From Phoronis australis (Eukaryota > Animalia > Phoronida): a stretch of 64,000 nt of DNA. Every line of letters starts with the position of its first letter. Within the stretch, counting starts at the first letter, position 1. The translations under genes were made by a program, and so were the position numbers. Positions 12,095-26,694 of this stretch are shown piece by piece. The stretch spans positions 615,979 to 679,978 of the forward strand of contig NMRA01000091.1 of NCBI GenBank assembly GCA_002633005.1, written 5' to 3'. The notes under the pieces are model-generated. The model was not told the origin of the DNA, made no database searches, and saw only the letters and a list, made by a program, of their open reading frames with translations.

Positions 12095-15000
12095 AAATCA
12101 TCTCTTGTGTCTTCTCCAGTTGTTACATATCTTCCCATGGAAAGGTCGCGGCAAAGTCGCACCAAACTTAAAAGTGGAAAGAAAGTGTTTTTGAAGTTAT
12201 GTTAAGTAAAAAATAGAGATACCTCTTGTTATCGTATAGAGACAGTTTTTTGTGCTCTTTGCTGTTACCCAGGTGAGTTTGTAGTATCTATAGAACACTA
12301 GAAAAGGATGTTGATGGCACGGCAACTGGCCCGTACCTTGGTTTTGAGGCAACACAATGTCGTATTTCCTGCCAAACACAGTCTGTGTGGGTCATTTGTG
12401 TTTTCATCACTTTCTAATGTTTCATCATTAGTAAATATTCACCTAGGGAACAGTAGCTGTCGAGGAAAGTTGTCTCTTCAAGATAATTAAGGAGTTGTTG
12501 CATTTTTACTAAAAGGTAACACCAGGAACGGTTGCTATCCACTTTCAGAATAGAATTATGGCACGCACAGAAATATGTGCAAAGTTGTAACTTTGTTTAA
12601 GGTTGGAATTCTATTTGCAAAAGGCACGAGCATGCTTTGATATTAGCACTGTATCCCATCAAAACTGCATTGAACAGTTTTAACATGTGGGACATGGGTA
12701 TTAAGCATCTATTTCTGCTGAGACTCGATATTTTGTTTGTCAAAATTTGCTGGTAAGGTTAAGAAAGCCTCGAGGTACTATTAGATGGTAATTGCTCACT
12801 GAACGCCAGGTGAAACAAAAGCATCTGTGGTGTAGTCACCGTGGCTGAAAGTGTACCTGTCACGTGACTCATTCCCCATACAATCAAACCGTGTCAAAAT
12901 TTGCCTAGCTCATGTTAACTCATTTGTAATGATCCATTCCACAAGAACTGGGCCAACTGTACTGTTTGCAAGTTGGTTTTGTTTTAGTGAACCACTTTTA
13001 TGATGAACATTTTAGAAATTAAAGTCCCTATAGGTTTATTGTAAGGCAGTCCTTCTGCATGTAGTCTGTTGTAGATTTTTGTCCAGCTAGTCTTCTTTGT
13101 TACTGCATACCAGTTGTAAATTTCAGACGAATTTTCTTGTGGTAGGATTTCACTTAACTAGAATGTGAATTTGCAATGCCAAGTTATGTATTGTATGCCT
13201 ATATTGACTTGGTATATGGTCATTTGTATCAAAAATGGGTCTCGCACAATAATCTCTGTGTGTCCATATAAATTCAGATGTGGATTGCACTAGCCAACAT
13301 TCAGGTTGTATTTTGTGGAACCGTGAATGAATCTGGAAAGGGGATCTAAGGAGAACACCTCTCCTTCTGCTGAGCTACTTTTGAGTGCTTTAATGGAAAA
13401 TATCAAGTGCCCACTACGTCACTCCATTGTGAGGCCATGATCTTGGATTCTGGATCTTTGCCTCGTGTGGAATTGTTGTTTAATTTACATGCGTAGCAAA
13501 TCATTAGCTCCCAGAATTATGTTGAATCGTGTGTACTTTACATGTTTTCCCCACAGTAGGTTTTTGTGGTCTTCGGTACTTTGTGTGAAATGACTGAACA
13601 GCTGACCTGTGTAGCGCTCGTAGTCTTTTGTGCTGATGGCCGTCTGTGTGTCTGGCTGGCTGGGTGTATATTCTCATGCAGGTTGCAATTCTAATCAAGA
13701 TTGAAATATTGATACAAGTTTAATAATGTATATTTAAATATGAATAAATTCACTGAAGCGACAGTTACTGGAAAATTACGAGAGTGCTGTGACACTTGTC
13801 TCGCTTAACTTTATGGTTACTCCATGCAATGAAATGATTGAGCTTGTTTAAGTCCAGTGCTGTTACTTGAGTGTAGGTTCACTGTTGGCAAGAGCATTAC
13901 ATTGACTGCCACCTTTAGGACTTCTAAGAGCTGTAATGTGTGTTTGGAACTCCAGGAATACCTTTTTATTTGCATGAAAATGATTCGAGTTTGTTCTGTT
14001 GTCGGTATACAGGTATTTGTTGGTTTTTGCAATTAAGGCACTCTGCCACTGTTTAGCTGTCAAATGTTGAAATCTTAAAGCAAGCGGTATGTTTAAAAAC
14101 ATCAGCAAGCTCATCTGATCTTGGATGGTTGCCGAATGAGCTTCCATTGTGTACACGTGCCATATTCCTATCGGCAAGTTTAGGGTAGACCTAGGGTCTA
14201 ATAAACTTTGAATTGTTTTCTTGAGTCGCTGATGGAAGTTATGGGTGTTTCGGTGTTTTTGCAACTTTAACAAAAATTGAAGCACTGGATGAAACATTAA
14301 GTTGTAATTCTCTTACTGTGAATTCCTGTCACTTTCATTTGGTGAAGATTTTGAAACTTAAAGAGTAGCGGTCTGTGTCCTGTTGTAATTCTCATTGCCA
14401 ATGGAGTAGACAGACTTTCACCTTGCTCTAGATTTCTAGACTGTAGTGCTGTACTGGGTAGATCCATGCACTGTCATTAGACCAAACAATGATTTGACTT
14501 GATTCGGACTGTTAAGTCCAATGACCAGGCAACGATTACATAAAAGGTTGGGGATTTTGATTTGTCGCTCTGTGTTATGTGCCTGTCCTGTAATTCTGCT
14601 GATTGGCCCAGGCAGTTACTGTAGGTGTTCTTCATCCTGAGACCGTCGTGATTTTGTATGTTCACTCCAGTTCAGTTGGGTTGTGCAGTATATTGTCACT
14701 TAATAGTCGATGTGTGCCAGAGTAAACGTCACAAGTCACACCGGAAAGTTTTCGTAGTATAGGAAAATTATTTTGTTTTCAAATGGACGTATGTTGATTA
14801 TGAGACCAAATAAAACTATTTCTTTTACAGTGGCCTTTCATTTTACTTTACCCTGACGTGTGTTGTGTTTGTTTGTCATGGTCTTCTACATCATATTCAA
14901 TAGTGCCCCACTTTTTTCCGTGCCACGCCGCACTTGGTCTATAGGCGGTGCACCACTGGGGGGCTGAGGGGGCTTTAGCCCCCACTTTTTTCAGTGCTGC

Positions 15001-17498
15001 GCCGCCCATGCCCTGACTGAACACTGATCAGGATCGAGTTCAATATATGGCACTAGTGCCTCGCTAAAAAAACAAAATCTCGCATTTATATGTCGCTCGT
15101 AAATTGCCTTGTGTCTTATCACTGAGAGTACGTGGCCTCACTGCGTAAATTTTCTCGCCGCGAGACAGCTATTGAACTCTATCCAGATCTGACTGACTTT
15201 ACCATTTGACTGTCTCGTATAGTCGAGCTCGGCAGTGTTGTCTGCGTTTGTCATGGAGTTTTTATTCGCAGGCTGGTTTCCATGACGAAGTTGTGAAAAA
15301 CATGGAAAAGATACTGAAACCTCGTTCAGAAAACGCGGAGCATATGTTCTAGTCGGACCATGCATTCCAAGAGGAGACCTCTTGCTCCACAGATTTCTCT
15401 GACTAACTGTAGTGTACATATATAGGCACAGATTATGGTTGGAACAATATTGTTATAGCGTGTGGCATAGTTGTTTGTTCTGGTAATTCTTTATAATATA
15501 ACCCGATACTAGTCAAGTTTATAGTATTACTCATTAATTGTCAAATATGATTACGACAGATTATCATCAACTCATCCCCATGATCCGAACCACAAATATT
15601 ATAGGCGGAGTCAAGAAGAAGTAGATAAAAGTTCTTACAGACCGATCTTCCTCAGTAAATTGGTTCGGATTTTTCTCCAGGGACCCCTCTGTAACAAAGA
15701 GTATGGTGTTTTGTAGCTCTCTTTTTCCGTTTTATTTTTACTTGAAATGCATTTGTAACCCGACGAAGAGGTGCGCTGATGATAGCATGAATTGCTGCCG
15801 ATTTCCTGTTTTAAAATTCGTCCTTTCATATTTTGGGATCACAGTCAATTAAAGGGAACTCTTTGATACATGTCAACCCTTTTCCTGTTTTAGTTCGTAT
15901 CCTTTCTCGCTCACGGAGAGGGGGTGCTGACCCCGGCAACGGTGGCTCCCTCTTCCTGTTTTTGAGAAATCACACAATATGTAAGGATGGTCACTAGCTG
16001 TCTCTGTCGTTTTTGTTATGATATATAACTGTCATATTAAGGCGTCCCTTTCACACATGGGTCCCCATTGGAGGGGCGGTCTAAAGTAGGCCTAGTTGCC
16101 TAGCTTTTATTCCCCACCTTTAAATGTGGCACTGTGAATTGTTCAGGGAGGGAAGAAGATAAAATTTCCAAATGGCCGGGAAAACCAAATAACATTTTCA
16201 TGTGAAACACAACAGCGCCAAGACAAGCTGCTCAAACACGGCAACGATGTAAGGTTGTCTTTTAAAAACCCAATAGCAGTGGAAGGAAGAAATCCAGTTA
16301 AAGAACATGGAGAATAGTATTTGTAAATTACACAAAAACAATGTTCCCGGTTTTTTAACGATCGCTGAATATTTTTTTCCCAAAGAATTCCTTGACCAGG
16401 GATCGGATCTTTTTACTGGAAATTAAACTCGAAATTATTTTGTTCATTTTTTCGTTCTACTTTGGTATGAGCTCATGATAGTAGTCTGTGCTCGAGCACA
16501 TTATGGTTTGCGGGGATAACTGTGTAATGGTCTTTAGCACTTAGCGATCCCAGCATTAAACATTCGAGTTCAGAACGATTTCGTAGTCTTACTTGAAATA
16601 TCGAGTTGTTTACGCGAGTTTGTAGATCGATTCTAGAGGCCGTCACTAAATGCGAATTACACAGTAGTTCGCGTACTTAAGCACAGAATAATAAATAATT
16701 TCAATTGGATTAAAGGAGAACGGAAAATGTCAAATATTCAGATGATAACGTTCCACGGCAGTAAATGACACAATTTGGACTCGGAAATAAAAATAGACAT
16801 GCCGTTACACTTGGTCCAAAACGTCACAAACATTCCAATATTTTCGAGTTTGATTTTGAGTAAAAACATTAGATCCTTGGCCATGGAATGATTTTTTGGT
16901 TTGAAGTTCGTTATCAGGAAAGCATTGCACGCAGTTGATGAAGAGGGGAGTTGCTTGTAGGAGAATTCTACTTGGATCAGAGGGAGGTACGAGTTATGAT
17001 GACCGGGTGCGGTGTACATGTCTGTCAGAAAAGGGTGCCTCTTTCGTTTTTGGAGTGCAAGTTGAACTCATAAACCGTAACTGGCTACCTCTGTAATGAA
17101 CCAGAGAAATAATGTCAACACGATTTAATTCTGAAAATGTCTTGATTTCTTGGAGGAAGGCCCCAAACCCCCGTGACATTGCGTAAAATTTTATGCAGTA
17201 AATGGTGGATTTAAAAAAAGTGTTGGAACTTATATGCTTTTAAAAATCACAATCCAGGCCAATCAAAGCACGGGCAACCGCGGCCAGCAGTCGATCAGCT
17301 GTCAAACGGCAGAACACCCGCAAATTCTATCTGACGATATGTTAATTAGCTAGTTTAGAGTTACGGGCATTTTTGGTCGATATATACTACGTAAAATCGG
17401 GACAACTAATCGCAGCACTATTCATCCTCCATTGTGTTTATTTTGAAAAGTCGTCATACTGTACGACCGTGCTGCTTTGTTTTTCCAAGGTTCATAGT

Positions 17499-17669
17499 CA
17501 GTGGCGGATTTAGAGGGGGGGGGGGGGCAAGGGGGCCANCCACGCCCCCCCCCCTAAAATTGTCTCAGATTCCATTTGGGAGTTCGGGAGTGCGAATTTC
17601 TGACAGGCAAAATCATGGCTAATACTCTGCCCTGGTCCCCTCTAACTCAAAATCCTGGATACGCCCCTG
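17499..17669. mobile_element. GC-rich hAT-like MITE with 5-bp TSD (related copies at 2764 running into the gap, and about 17955-18106)
   Basis: CAGTGGCGGAT ... ATACGCCCCTG termini; ATAGT on both flanks. Confidence 0.8.
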
Positions 17670-20600
17670 ATAGTATTGTAAGAAACGGTGAGGCGTTGCA
17701 TTTGCGGGGGTTGTTATAACTAATTTGATCACACTGTGACTCTTTTTGACTTTCCCGTGGGACATGGAGAAGCGCGGATAATATACCAGTTTTTATGAGA
17801 AACTCGCGTGTTCAGTGGTGGACATGACATACTGGCGCTGAGCCTGGTACGTTCATGTGTCACACCAGGCTCGTTGGAATGCAAAAATTATTGGTGGCGG
17901 GGCCGGGGCACAANATTTGTACCGAATCTCCCACGTCTTAGGTGGGGGTCGGCACAAAGGCGGACTTAGGGGTGGCCAAGGGGCCATGGCCCCCTAAAAT
18001 TCTTCCAGATTCCATTTGGCAGTTCGGGGTGCGAATTTTTGACGGGTAAAACCCTGGCTAATGACTTTACTCTGCCCCTTAACTCAAAATCCTGGATCCG
18101 CCCCTAGGACAATCTCGAGGATGAAACCATTAAGAGTTGAGTAACCGTGAACCAACACGGAGAGTAAGAATGGGTATAGGACCAGTACACTGACCGGTAG
18201 CGAGGAGCTGCCTCAAGTAGCTATGGCTGAGATCTAACAGCCAGTGTGAAAATATTAAATTCCCGATGAACTAACACTAGTTGCTGGTCAGCTTAGCAGT
18301 GATTCACTTGAGACAGGCAGCTCGTACCAGCCGTCTGCGCTTGCTCTAAGGTCAATATTCGTTTTATTGTGATCCAGTTTCGGGAAAAGTTTATTTTATT
18401 ATGGTCATTCATTGAAGTAGTTTTTTGAAAAGGTGGGGTCCCGAAGTCCCTGGTATAGTATTTTTAGTGCTGTTTCAAAATGCGTACATGTAGTTGAAAC
18501 AAGACCGGTAGTCCAGTTTCTGGCGGCTGGATAAAAAATAGTGTGCCCCAAAAATGTACACACTTCCTGAACACCTGGAGTTTAAATTCAGTTCCCATGG
18601 ATCACTGAGATTCTGCGCGGGCCTACTGCATGGTTACATTATATTTTTAACGTAGGTACGTCAGTCATAACGTGCACGCGAATCGGGACAAGCAATCAAT
18701 TCAGTTTTGAAGAACAAAAACTCATTGCTTAATACTACTGTATACTAAAAACACCAAAGAAGTGCAAAAACAACCTTTCCAAGCAACGAGTTTAATTTCA
18801 TTTATTTAAGGATATTTAGAACGTTTTTTCCATCTACGGTTTGTGAGTCCGAATTTTATCAATGTCTTTGAGAGTTATTTTAGATATGCAAAAATCGTCT
18901 AAGTGTACTTTGGGGATCGGATTATAGGGTTTTTCCAACTTCAGGCTGCAATTAAATTCACGGAGACATCACCAACTCTTACAAAATTAGCTTCTAATTG
19001 TCGAAAATCATCTATGAATCTATCGATTTTAGTAGTCGCATAAACATGTTAATCAGAAGCCAACGAATTTGATTCTCAAAACGAAATATAATGAGCAATT
19101 TCCGCATGCATGCTTGCACTCTTGACGGGTAGCCGGGGGAATATGGGAAACGGGGCATTTGTATTAAGATGTATTTTTTCTCATTTCAAAGGTATCTGTA
19201 AGGGTTAGGAGGTTAACTTGAACTCCGCTGACAAAAAAATTTGAAATATTTGTTTAAGATTGCGAGAGTTCTTTTTGAGTACCCCCTTTCGACATGTACA
19301 CGGTCATCACAAATAGTAGCCAGCAGTGTTTTCCACACGTGGGAATTCCTTACAAACAACTCATAGTAACCATCTTTAAAGAAGATACTATTCTTGTGAT
19401 ACTACGGGAAACAGTAGCATTATTTTATAACTAACCATCGGAAATAGTCCTTTTGTGTGATTCACAAATAGTGGTCTTCACGTTCTTCAGAATTCCACCC
19501 TTTTAATGGCGGCAATCCTACTGTATTTTTTCACATTTTTGGTTATTTGGGTCGCCAAAACGCATGTGCTGTGCACGAATTTTTTTTTTGATGAATTTGG
19601 AATCTCAACTTCCATCGTGGATACTTGGCAGTATCTAATTACATGTGTAGAAGGACAAAGGGACATTTCTTCCGAACTGCTCCACATAGAGAGGGTACCG
19701 TCTGAAATGGGACACCTTATAATGAAAGGCTCATTAAGCTTGGAAAAAAGAGTGACGGTGCATGCTTTCCACCGTCGTGTGGTCCCAAAACGATGCAGGG
19801 CGGAGTGACCTCCTTCAACTGAAAGCCGGTTGTACGATTTCACAAAAACTGGAAATAGAGGTAATCGATTTCAACATTGGGCCCTCTCTCCGTGAGCGGG
19901 CCCCTTAAGAATTTGTCAATAAAAACACAAAAAGAGTGGTCCGGACACTTGAATGTCATCAATGGCGTCCTTCAAGAGCGGGGCCCCTAAAGATGAAGCT
20001 TTTATATCCATATTTTCAAATACCAGGAAATGCGCAGCAATTGATGTTACCTGTCAGGACATCAATTTTTCTCAAATGATATACAGTTTCGAGAAAAAAA
20101 TAAGGCGAAAGTTGTCTCCGTTATCCCTCATAGCCAGAGAGGGGCATCTGGAAAAATATGGTTTGGCATTCGCAAAACTAATTTAAAAATCCAGTAAATT
20201 TGAGTACGCTCCGCAAAAGCTTCGCTTTACAATTTTTCTCGATTTTTCGAAATACTTTGAATGATTGATTTCGTGCACAACGGTTTTCAAGTGGGTTTAG
20301 ACGCCGGACCCGGTGTGCTGCAAAAGCGGAGACCCTAACGACAATGTCCTGGCCAGCCCTCAACGAAAAGGCGGTAAACCATGCAGCTGACGTAGAGTTG
20401 TTAAATGTTCTCTTAAAATTTCTCTTATCCGTATTTCACAGTCTTTCTTAGTTCGACTGTCCCCGGCCCACGCCTGGGCCCGGTCTCTAGTAATCTTTGT
20501 ACTCAGTCGAAACGAACTCGCCGGAAACTATTTTTGGCAATTTCTTTGCTCCTTTTGAGCGAACTTAAGATAATTGGTTATCAGACTGTGCTCGAATACA

Positions 20601-21099
20601 CTATAGTTTATGCATAGGAGTTTCTAGTTCAAGTTTACCCTTGAAGACCCTTATATTCGTGTTACAAACTCGAGTAAAAACTCGAAATTTCGTTCAAACT
20701 CGAACTTATTGCTTTAATATTGGGTCTGTGAACTAAGGGCAATAAATTATCTACGTAAGTTATTGTGTACCCGAGCATAGAATACTAGACACTTGTCTTG
20801 AGTTCGCCCAAAAGTAGAGTAGAAAATGCCAAACCTAATTTTGAGTTCCATTTCGAGTAAAAAGATTGGAGACCGGGCCCTGGTTGCCACGATGGCCTGA
20901 CGCCTGCCGACAGTGAAATTTTTTTGGCCGGGGGGGGTCCGTCCCCGGCTCTCCGCCGCTTCCTACGATCCTGCACACTCTTGTCCGTGGAGCAAAGATC
21001 CTTTCAATTGAAGTCAAATATATTTTTGAAAATTTTGTATTCATATTAGATGAGACTTGTACTCTATCGCTGATGAGCCCGAGCTCCTCTGTGCATGTC

Positions 21100-21241
21100 T
21101 AGTGTTGCAGTGCGCCCTCGTGTGGCAATAGCTACCGCGCATGTCATATGTAAAAAACGGAAGTTTACGACGAAGCAGAAGAGAAACATAGAAGACGAGA
21201 ACTGGACGTTTTCACAATAAGTCTGTTGCTCGACGATCACG
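21100..21241 (+). promoter_or_regulatory. Putative CIR1 proximal promoter/5' UTR
   Basis: CpG-containing stretch directly before the ATG with a CTCF-like GCGCCCTCGTGTGG near 21112 and an ETS-like CGGAAGT near 21158; motif matches only. Confidence 0.4.
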
Positions 21242-21313
21242 ATGGGGAAAGGTTATCACAATTACATGACGAAGAAATTCTTCCACCCTGGAAGTAAAGA
21301 AAATCTTAAGAGG
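21242..21313 (+). CDS. CIR1: Corepressor interacting with RBPJ 1, exon 1 (MGKGYHNYMTKKFFHPGSKENLKR)
   Basis: ATG at 21242, gtatgt donor; Cir_N motif KK.FHP.S..N.K. Confidence 0.95.
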
Positions 21314-21545
21314 GTATGTTAAAATTGTGGAATGCTGTAGTAATACGAAATAGTTATCGCCTAGACTAGAGAGTTGAGTCGCATACTGAGACAGTAGAGA
21401 TATTCTTTTACTCTATTTTTAGGCAGTTTACGCACTTACAATACTTAGTACCAGTAGTAGACTTTAGGAGACAGTCGTTGTCTTTAATTTATCACGTTAC
21501 TGTATTATACGCAGGTTCTCATACGGCCTTACCTGAATACATTGT

Positions 21546-21690
21546 TGGGTAAAAATGGAGTAAATTGGTCCCTCTTCAAAATGTCTACCGAGAACAAGTT
21601 TTCACTGAATAACGGCAATGTCCGTCATTCATTGAAACTGGGTCCCGGTAGACATTTTGAAGAGGGACCCGTTTACTCCATTTTTATCCA
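21546..21690. repeat. Near-palindromic fold-back MITE in CIR1 intron 1
   Basis: About 70-bp arms: ggtaaaaatggagtaaa..ggtccctcttcaaaatgtctaccg versus its reverse complement. Confidence 0.8.
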
Positions 21691-22471
21691 TTGTAGTCTG
21701 TAACCTCGTAGGAGGAGCACGCAAAGACATCGTGCTGTGAGCAGGACCAGATGACAGAGAGACACAATTCCTAGTCACGTGATGACTTCCCGCAACTCCG
21801 CAAGATACTTAAATGTCAATACATGCCATCTTACAGTCATACAGAAAACCAATCCGATCCACACAAACAGAGTAAATCTGCAGTAATACATATAGTTGCA
21901 GTTACCAGTCTCACTATTTAGTTTTCAAGGTACTTGTAATTTTGATACTTAAGCATTAGTTTTTATTTCAGTATTCGGTATAATTAATACCGGAACTGGT
22001 AACTGGTGCCCAACCCTGACGAAGTAGCGAACCAAGGCCTCCCATTACTACTGTTCTTGCTCAGTACCTGTCTGTAGTAGTTGCAATAAACCAAGCAATA
22101 TCCTGTTCTTCACATCAAGACTGTAAAACATGGTTGAGACGTGTTGTCTTATTACTTACTGCGCTTGCCATCTGTACTATTTCAGAAGGTGCTATGCCAT
22201 AGGCCCATGACCATCTGTGTCAAGGTTTTCGGCAAATTACACTCAACCCTAGCTAAACCATCAAATACCTCTCAAGTGGAGGTTCATGGGATAGAATGAA
22301 GACTTCCGTGATACATTACAAGTATCCCATGTGTCTTCACTGAAAAATGTCTCCCCAATGATGAAGTCCACATATGCCTGTGTTTGCCTTTCTGGAGGGG
22401 CTCCTCCATGTTGTTTCCCTTTAGACTGAACTCTGGATGCAATACTTAATAAATTGGCTGCGCTATTGTAG

Positions 22472-22640
22472 GTGTGGATGGCTCAACAGAAGCACGAGTT
22501 TGAGACAAAGAAACAGGAAGAGCTACAGGCACAATATGAACGTGAGCAGGAGATTATCGGCAACCGTGCCCTGCTGGGCGATGAGAAGGCCAAGGTTGGC
22601 CTCAGCTTCATGTATGATGCACCGCCTGGTGCTAAACAAG
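22472..22640 (+). CDS. CIR1: CIR1 exon 2 (VWMAQQK...[14 protein letters not shown])
   Basis: ttgtag / gtactg; conserved VWMA.QK and GL.FMY.APPG. Confidence 0.96.
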
Positions 22641-24258
22641 GTACTGGCTCTAGGCAATCGCTTTTATCTGTGGTGAAATTCGGTGCGAGTATCTGGGCAC
22701 TGGTGCAATTTCGTTCCAGTTGTGCTGTCTTCTAGAGATGTATGAGCAGATATTTGTGTTTTTCATGGAGTTAAATTTTGATTTAGTATCATGTTTGGGA
22801 AAGCTAGTTAGTTGGCAGGGATGACACTAGGCTGCGGCTTTGTGGCACTGCAGCACAAACTCAGTCTCGTAAGTAATGTGGCATTGCACATTTGTCTGGA
22901 ATCGAGAATTATCAATGCAACGCAACGAAAACAACAGTGGAATATAGATCATCTGACTGATAAAAGTATCATCAACATGTAACTTTCAAAGTTTGATAAA
23001 TATGCACATAAATCACAATAGCTAGATATTACTTCATATGCTTGCTGCCACTGACAAATCATTTGAATTACCAACCATGTTTTGTATTCAAACGTCACCA
23101 GGATGTGAATTCTCAAATCCTCCACCAGAATGTCTACCTGGAAATTTGGTAGTAAAATTTTTGAAAGGGACAATATATTGTTAATTTTGAAATGTTTTTA
23201 ATTCACAAGTCTGTGTCCTCTGAGTTATGATTTTTTGTCAAAGTTTGACTTGATATTTTATTTGGTAATGGAGCACTGATGTGTGTTGTTAGTATGTGCT
23301 TTAGTCACAAGTTTGGTTTTGGGGAACAGCTGCTCAAGAGGTGTTGGTATTTTTACCAGTAATATCGGCAACTCGTGTTGGCAGGAAGTTGACGGTAGGA
23401 GTTATGTGGGTACTGAGAATGTGTGCATATTTTGACCATTGACAACGACTAATCTTGATTGAATTAGATTGTCAAATCGCTGTGTACTTTTAACATGCTA
23501 TGTCATGAAGTGCTGATCTGAAATGGAGCTTGTGTGGCCAACATTACTATCATTACTTTTGGGTTGGGGGAACACATGCTGAATTTTTTGAAAGAGCCAG
23601 TAGATGTAAGTTTTGTTTTTTCGAATGCTGTAATTAAACCAGAATCTTTCATTATTACTGGACTATTACAACTTGCAGTGGATGTTACGGGTAGCTACCT
23701 TGTATTTATATATGCCGTAAACAGAGTACCATTTGAAATGCTTTACAGGACATTCGGCAACATCGAAGACGACTTTGTGACGTAAAGTGACAGAAAACAA
23801 CACTTGCGTGCACCAGAATTGAAAGCAGAGGTCGTCTGCACCATGCATTTTGATGCGAGTAGGACATAGCAACCACCATTGAGAAATAAAAGATTGAAAA
23901 CAAACCTCAAATTGAATCGAATAATTACATAGATCAGTAATTTTAAGTCTTTAGCGCAAAGCGTTCTCTGCCAACTGATGATGCTGAAGTCAAATTCCAC
24001 CAATTTGTAAATGTGTCCACAAGTTTTCTGTGATGTCACTATATGTTTACGAGATGATTATCATCCCACAATGCGTTTGGCAGAAGATAGCAGCGCTGTA
24101 GATGAAATCACCAAATTCTTTTGCAGCCTGTTCAAACCTTCTGACTGCTTGACATAAATATTGAATGCTCCAACATCACACTTTGCTGTCAGGTAAGTAT
24201 AACCTTTGGTTGTCAAGTCTAGTAGTCATGAATACTAGTTTGCCATTTGTTGTTGTAG

Positions 24259-24331
24259 CTCACGAAAAGGAAGAAGATGAACCGGAATACAAGTTTGAAT
24301 GGCAGAGAAAATACAATGCTCCTAGAGAAGC
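24259..24331 (+). CDS. CIR1: CIR1 exon 3 (HEKEEDEPEYKFEWQRKYNAPRE)
   Basis: ttgtag / gtaagt; EYKFEWQ..APRE motif; phase 1-2. Confidence 0.95.
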
Positions 24332-25735
24332 GTAAGTCAATGGTTTAGGCCCCTGTGTGCAGTGTTTTGATGTCCTGCTTCGTGTATTCACTTACCCAAT
24401 GTTGTCAGTGAAGGGCTTCAGGTTGAGCGCATGGCATTTTTGTAATTTTTGACAACCTCAGTTGAGGAATTTATTCAGTTTCTGTTTTCCACTGTACCAA
24501 GTTGTGCATGCATCAGGATTAGCAAACAATTCCCTTCAACACACATGCTTACTGAAAAAGTCTAGCTATCTTAGAAATATTGACATGCCATTGTCTTACC
24601 TCTGGATTATGCCCTACAAATACAAATATTTGATCATGTGTTACATTGTATGTGGGTATTTTAGCATTGCATCTAATCCGAAATGATGCACTTTATTTTC
24701 AAAAAAGTTTATTCAAATATTTTGAATAGAGGCGCATGTCAAAGCTTAATTTCTAGGTGCAAGTGGGTGTCCTTTGCACAGGTGCATAATTACCTTGTGG
24801 TGGATACAGCCACTGTGACGCACACATTAGCCAGGAGAAAAGTACTTAACCTTGCCCATGTAAAACATGTTTACGCTAGTTGGTTTGACAGTGCATCTCG
24901 TAGGTTATAACTCAGATAAGGTAACACTGTGTTAGGCTCACTCGTGACATTTTATGTTACGAAGAGGAATAACAATTAACAGTGCAGTTCGGTGACTTAT
25001 TGTTGTAAAGTGTCTTTCATGTTCATTAACGCATGTTTTGTTAAACACGACGTTCTATTTGGAGATGGTTATATCTAGCATTTGGTGTCAGTGTGTACAA
25101 CAACTGGCCTGAGCTCGTGCCTTAAGAAAAACATGCTGGCCAAAGGATGAACAAAACTAGCGCGTTATTAATTGAAGAAGACCTGAATATAATCATGTTT
25201 AGAAAGAAATGTTTGATTGACTTGAGCCATTTACTTAATCTTCCTACTAAAACCCGGTGAAAATGCCTACAGTTTTCAAAGGAAAAACAAAGTGCTTAAA
25301 ATTAGGTTACTTGAACCAAATTTTCTGTCTACGCCGAATATTATGTGAGCCCAGAATATCATTCACAAGGTTCTTCACTATATTACTCAAGCCAAATAGC
25401 ACAGAATATTTAAAAAAATAAATGGATGTCCCTATATCTATTGCATCATTTTCAAGCATGATTATTTAAATCAAATGTTTCTCGTATAAATGCACGCTCC
25501 TAATTCATTATAGAAGCACAGCTTCAAATGTAAGTGCATGGGACTAAATATTCGCATATACTCTAGTAAATAAGTATTCGATACTCTGATATTTCTTAGA
25601 AATTTAGCTGGTCATAGAAGCTTATGCTTTTTGTTTGGGATATATAATTCCTCACATTGTTACCTTATTACCTCTAATGCCGTGTTGTGCCAGTTGACAG
25701 TACCGTGGTATGATGGTGTCTTTTTCTCTCCACAG

Positions 25736-25887
25736 CTATGCCAAAAACGACGAGACCATTCGCGATCAGCCATTCGGCATTGAAGTTCGTAACGTGCGCT
25801 GCCTCAAATGCCATAAGTGGGGTCATGTGAACACTGACAGAATTTGCCCGCTGTTTGGAAAGTCCATCACTGTTGAACCACCAGAGC
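25736..25887 (+). CDS. CIR1: CIR1 exon 4 with zinc knuckle ([34 protein letters not shown])
   Basis: ccacag / gtatgt; near-invariant CIR1 CxxCxxxGHxxxxxxC. Confidence 0.97.
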
Positions 25888-26140
25888 GTATGTGTCGAAT
25901 GTTTCTTGTCGTCACATTTCATGAATTGGTTTATGTGCAATTTGGTTCGTGGCCTGGAGATTTTACATTACTCCAGAGTATTAACAAAGCGTTATTGTGA
26001 ACGAAAATATTGACGTGAAATTTAAAGTTTCTGTCTCCTTAATGAACTTGTTTAATAATAAATTGCAGCTTAGTTTCTCGTTGAAAATATTACAAAATAA
26101 TGCAAAAATGTCCGTAACACTGTCCATCTTATGTTTCCAG

Positions 26141-26244
26141 CTGGTATGAATCCATCGCGTCTTATGGACGATATGAGACAAGACGGCTTGGCTTTCACAA
26201 AGAAGGTTCTTAGTAAACAAGTGGACACACACGATGAAAAGAAT
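26141..26244 (+). CDS. CIR1: CIR1 exon 5
   Basis: ttccag / gtaagg; phase 1-0 keeps frame. Confidence 0.92.
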
Positions 26245-26694
26245 GTAAGGGTTTATGGTGACATGGGTATTTTTCTTTTTGACATCATAATAGTTCAAGG
26301 TGGCACTTCTGCCTAAAACACCATTTTTTGGAATTGGAATTGATAGCGCGCTAGTCTGTTTTATGTTGCTTTAGAAGTCTTGTGTAAAATATTTGGAAGT
26401 TGTGGCAGATTGAAAACCAATGCGATCATTTTAGCTGAGGTGTATTGATTTTTGATGAATTTCCCATGAATTCCGTAATTTTTCGTCAGTTTTGGATATA
26501 CTGTTAGGCATTAGGCATATCTTATGCTAACAGGATTTGCACGCAAGTGAACAAGAAATCATGCACTGTTTACCCCAGAGTATCAAGCAAAGTCCTTGGC
26601 ACATCAAAGGTTTGATGGCGCCTTTACGGATTGAAGTGAGCTAGTCGCCATTCATGGACTTGGCTGAATGTGCTGGATGAGATAAATTGCAATC

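Noticed and set aside
12095-14820. ORFs of 60-144 aa downstream of PSME3
   Set aside because: No motifs or splice support; probably a long 3' UTR.
15100-21100. Hidden gene between PSME3 and CIR1
   Set aside because: No consistent exon chain found; the region contains MITEs and diverged repeats (e.g. about 16440-16640 versus inverted 20650-20830).
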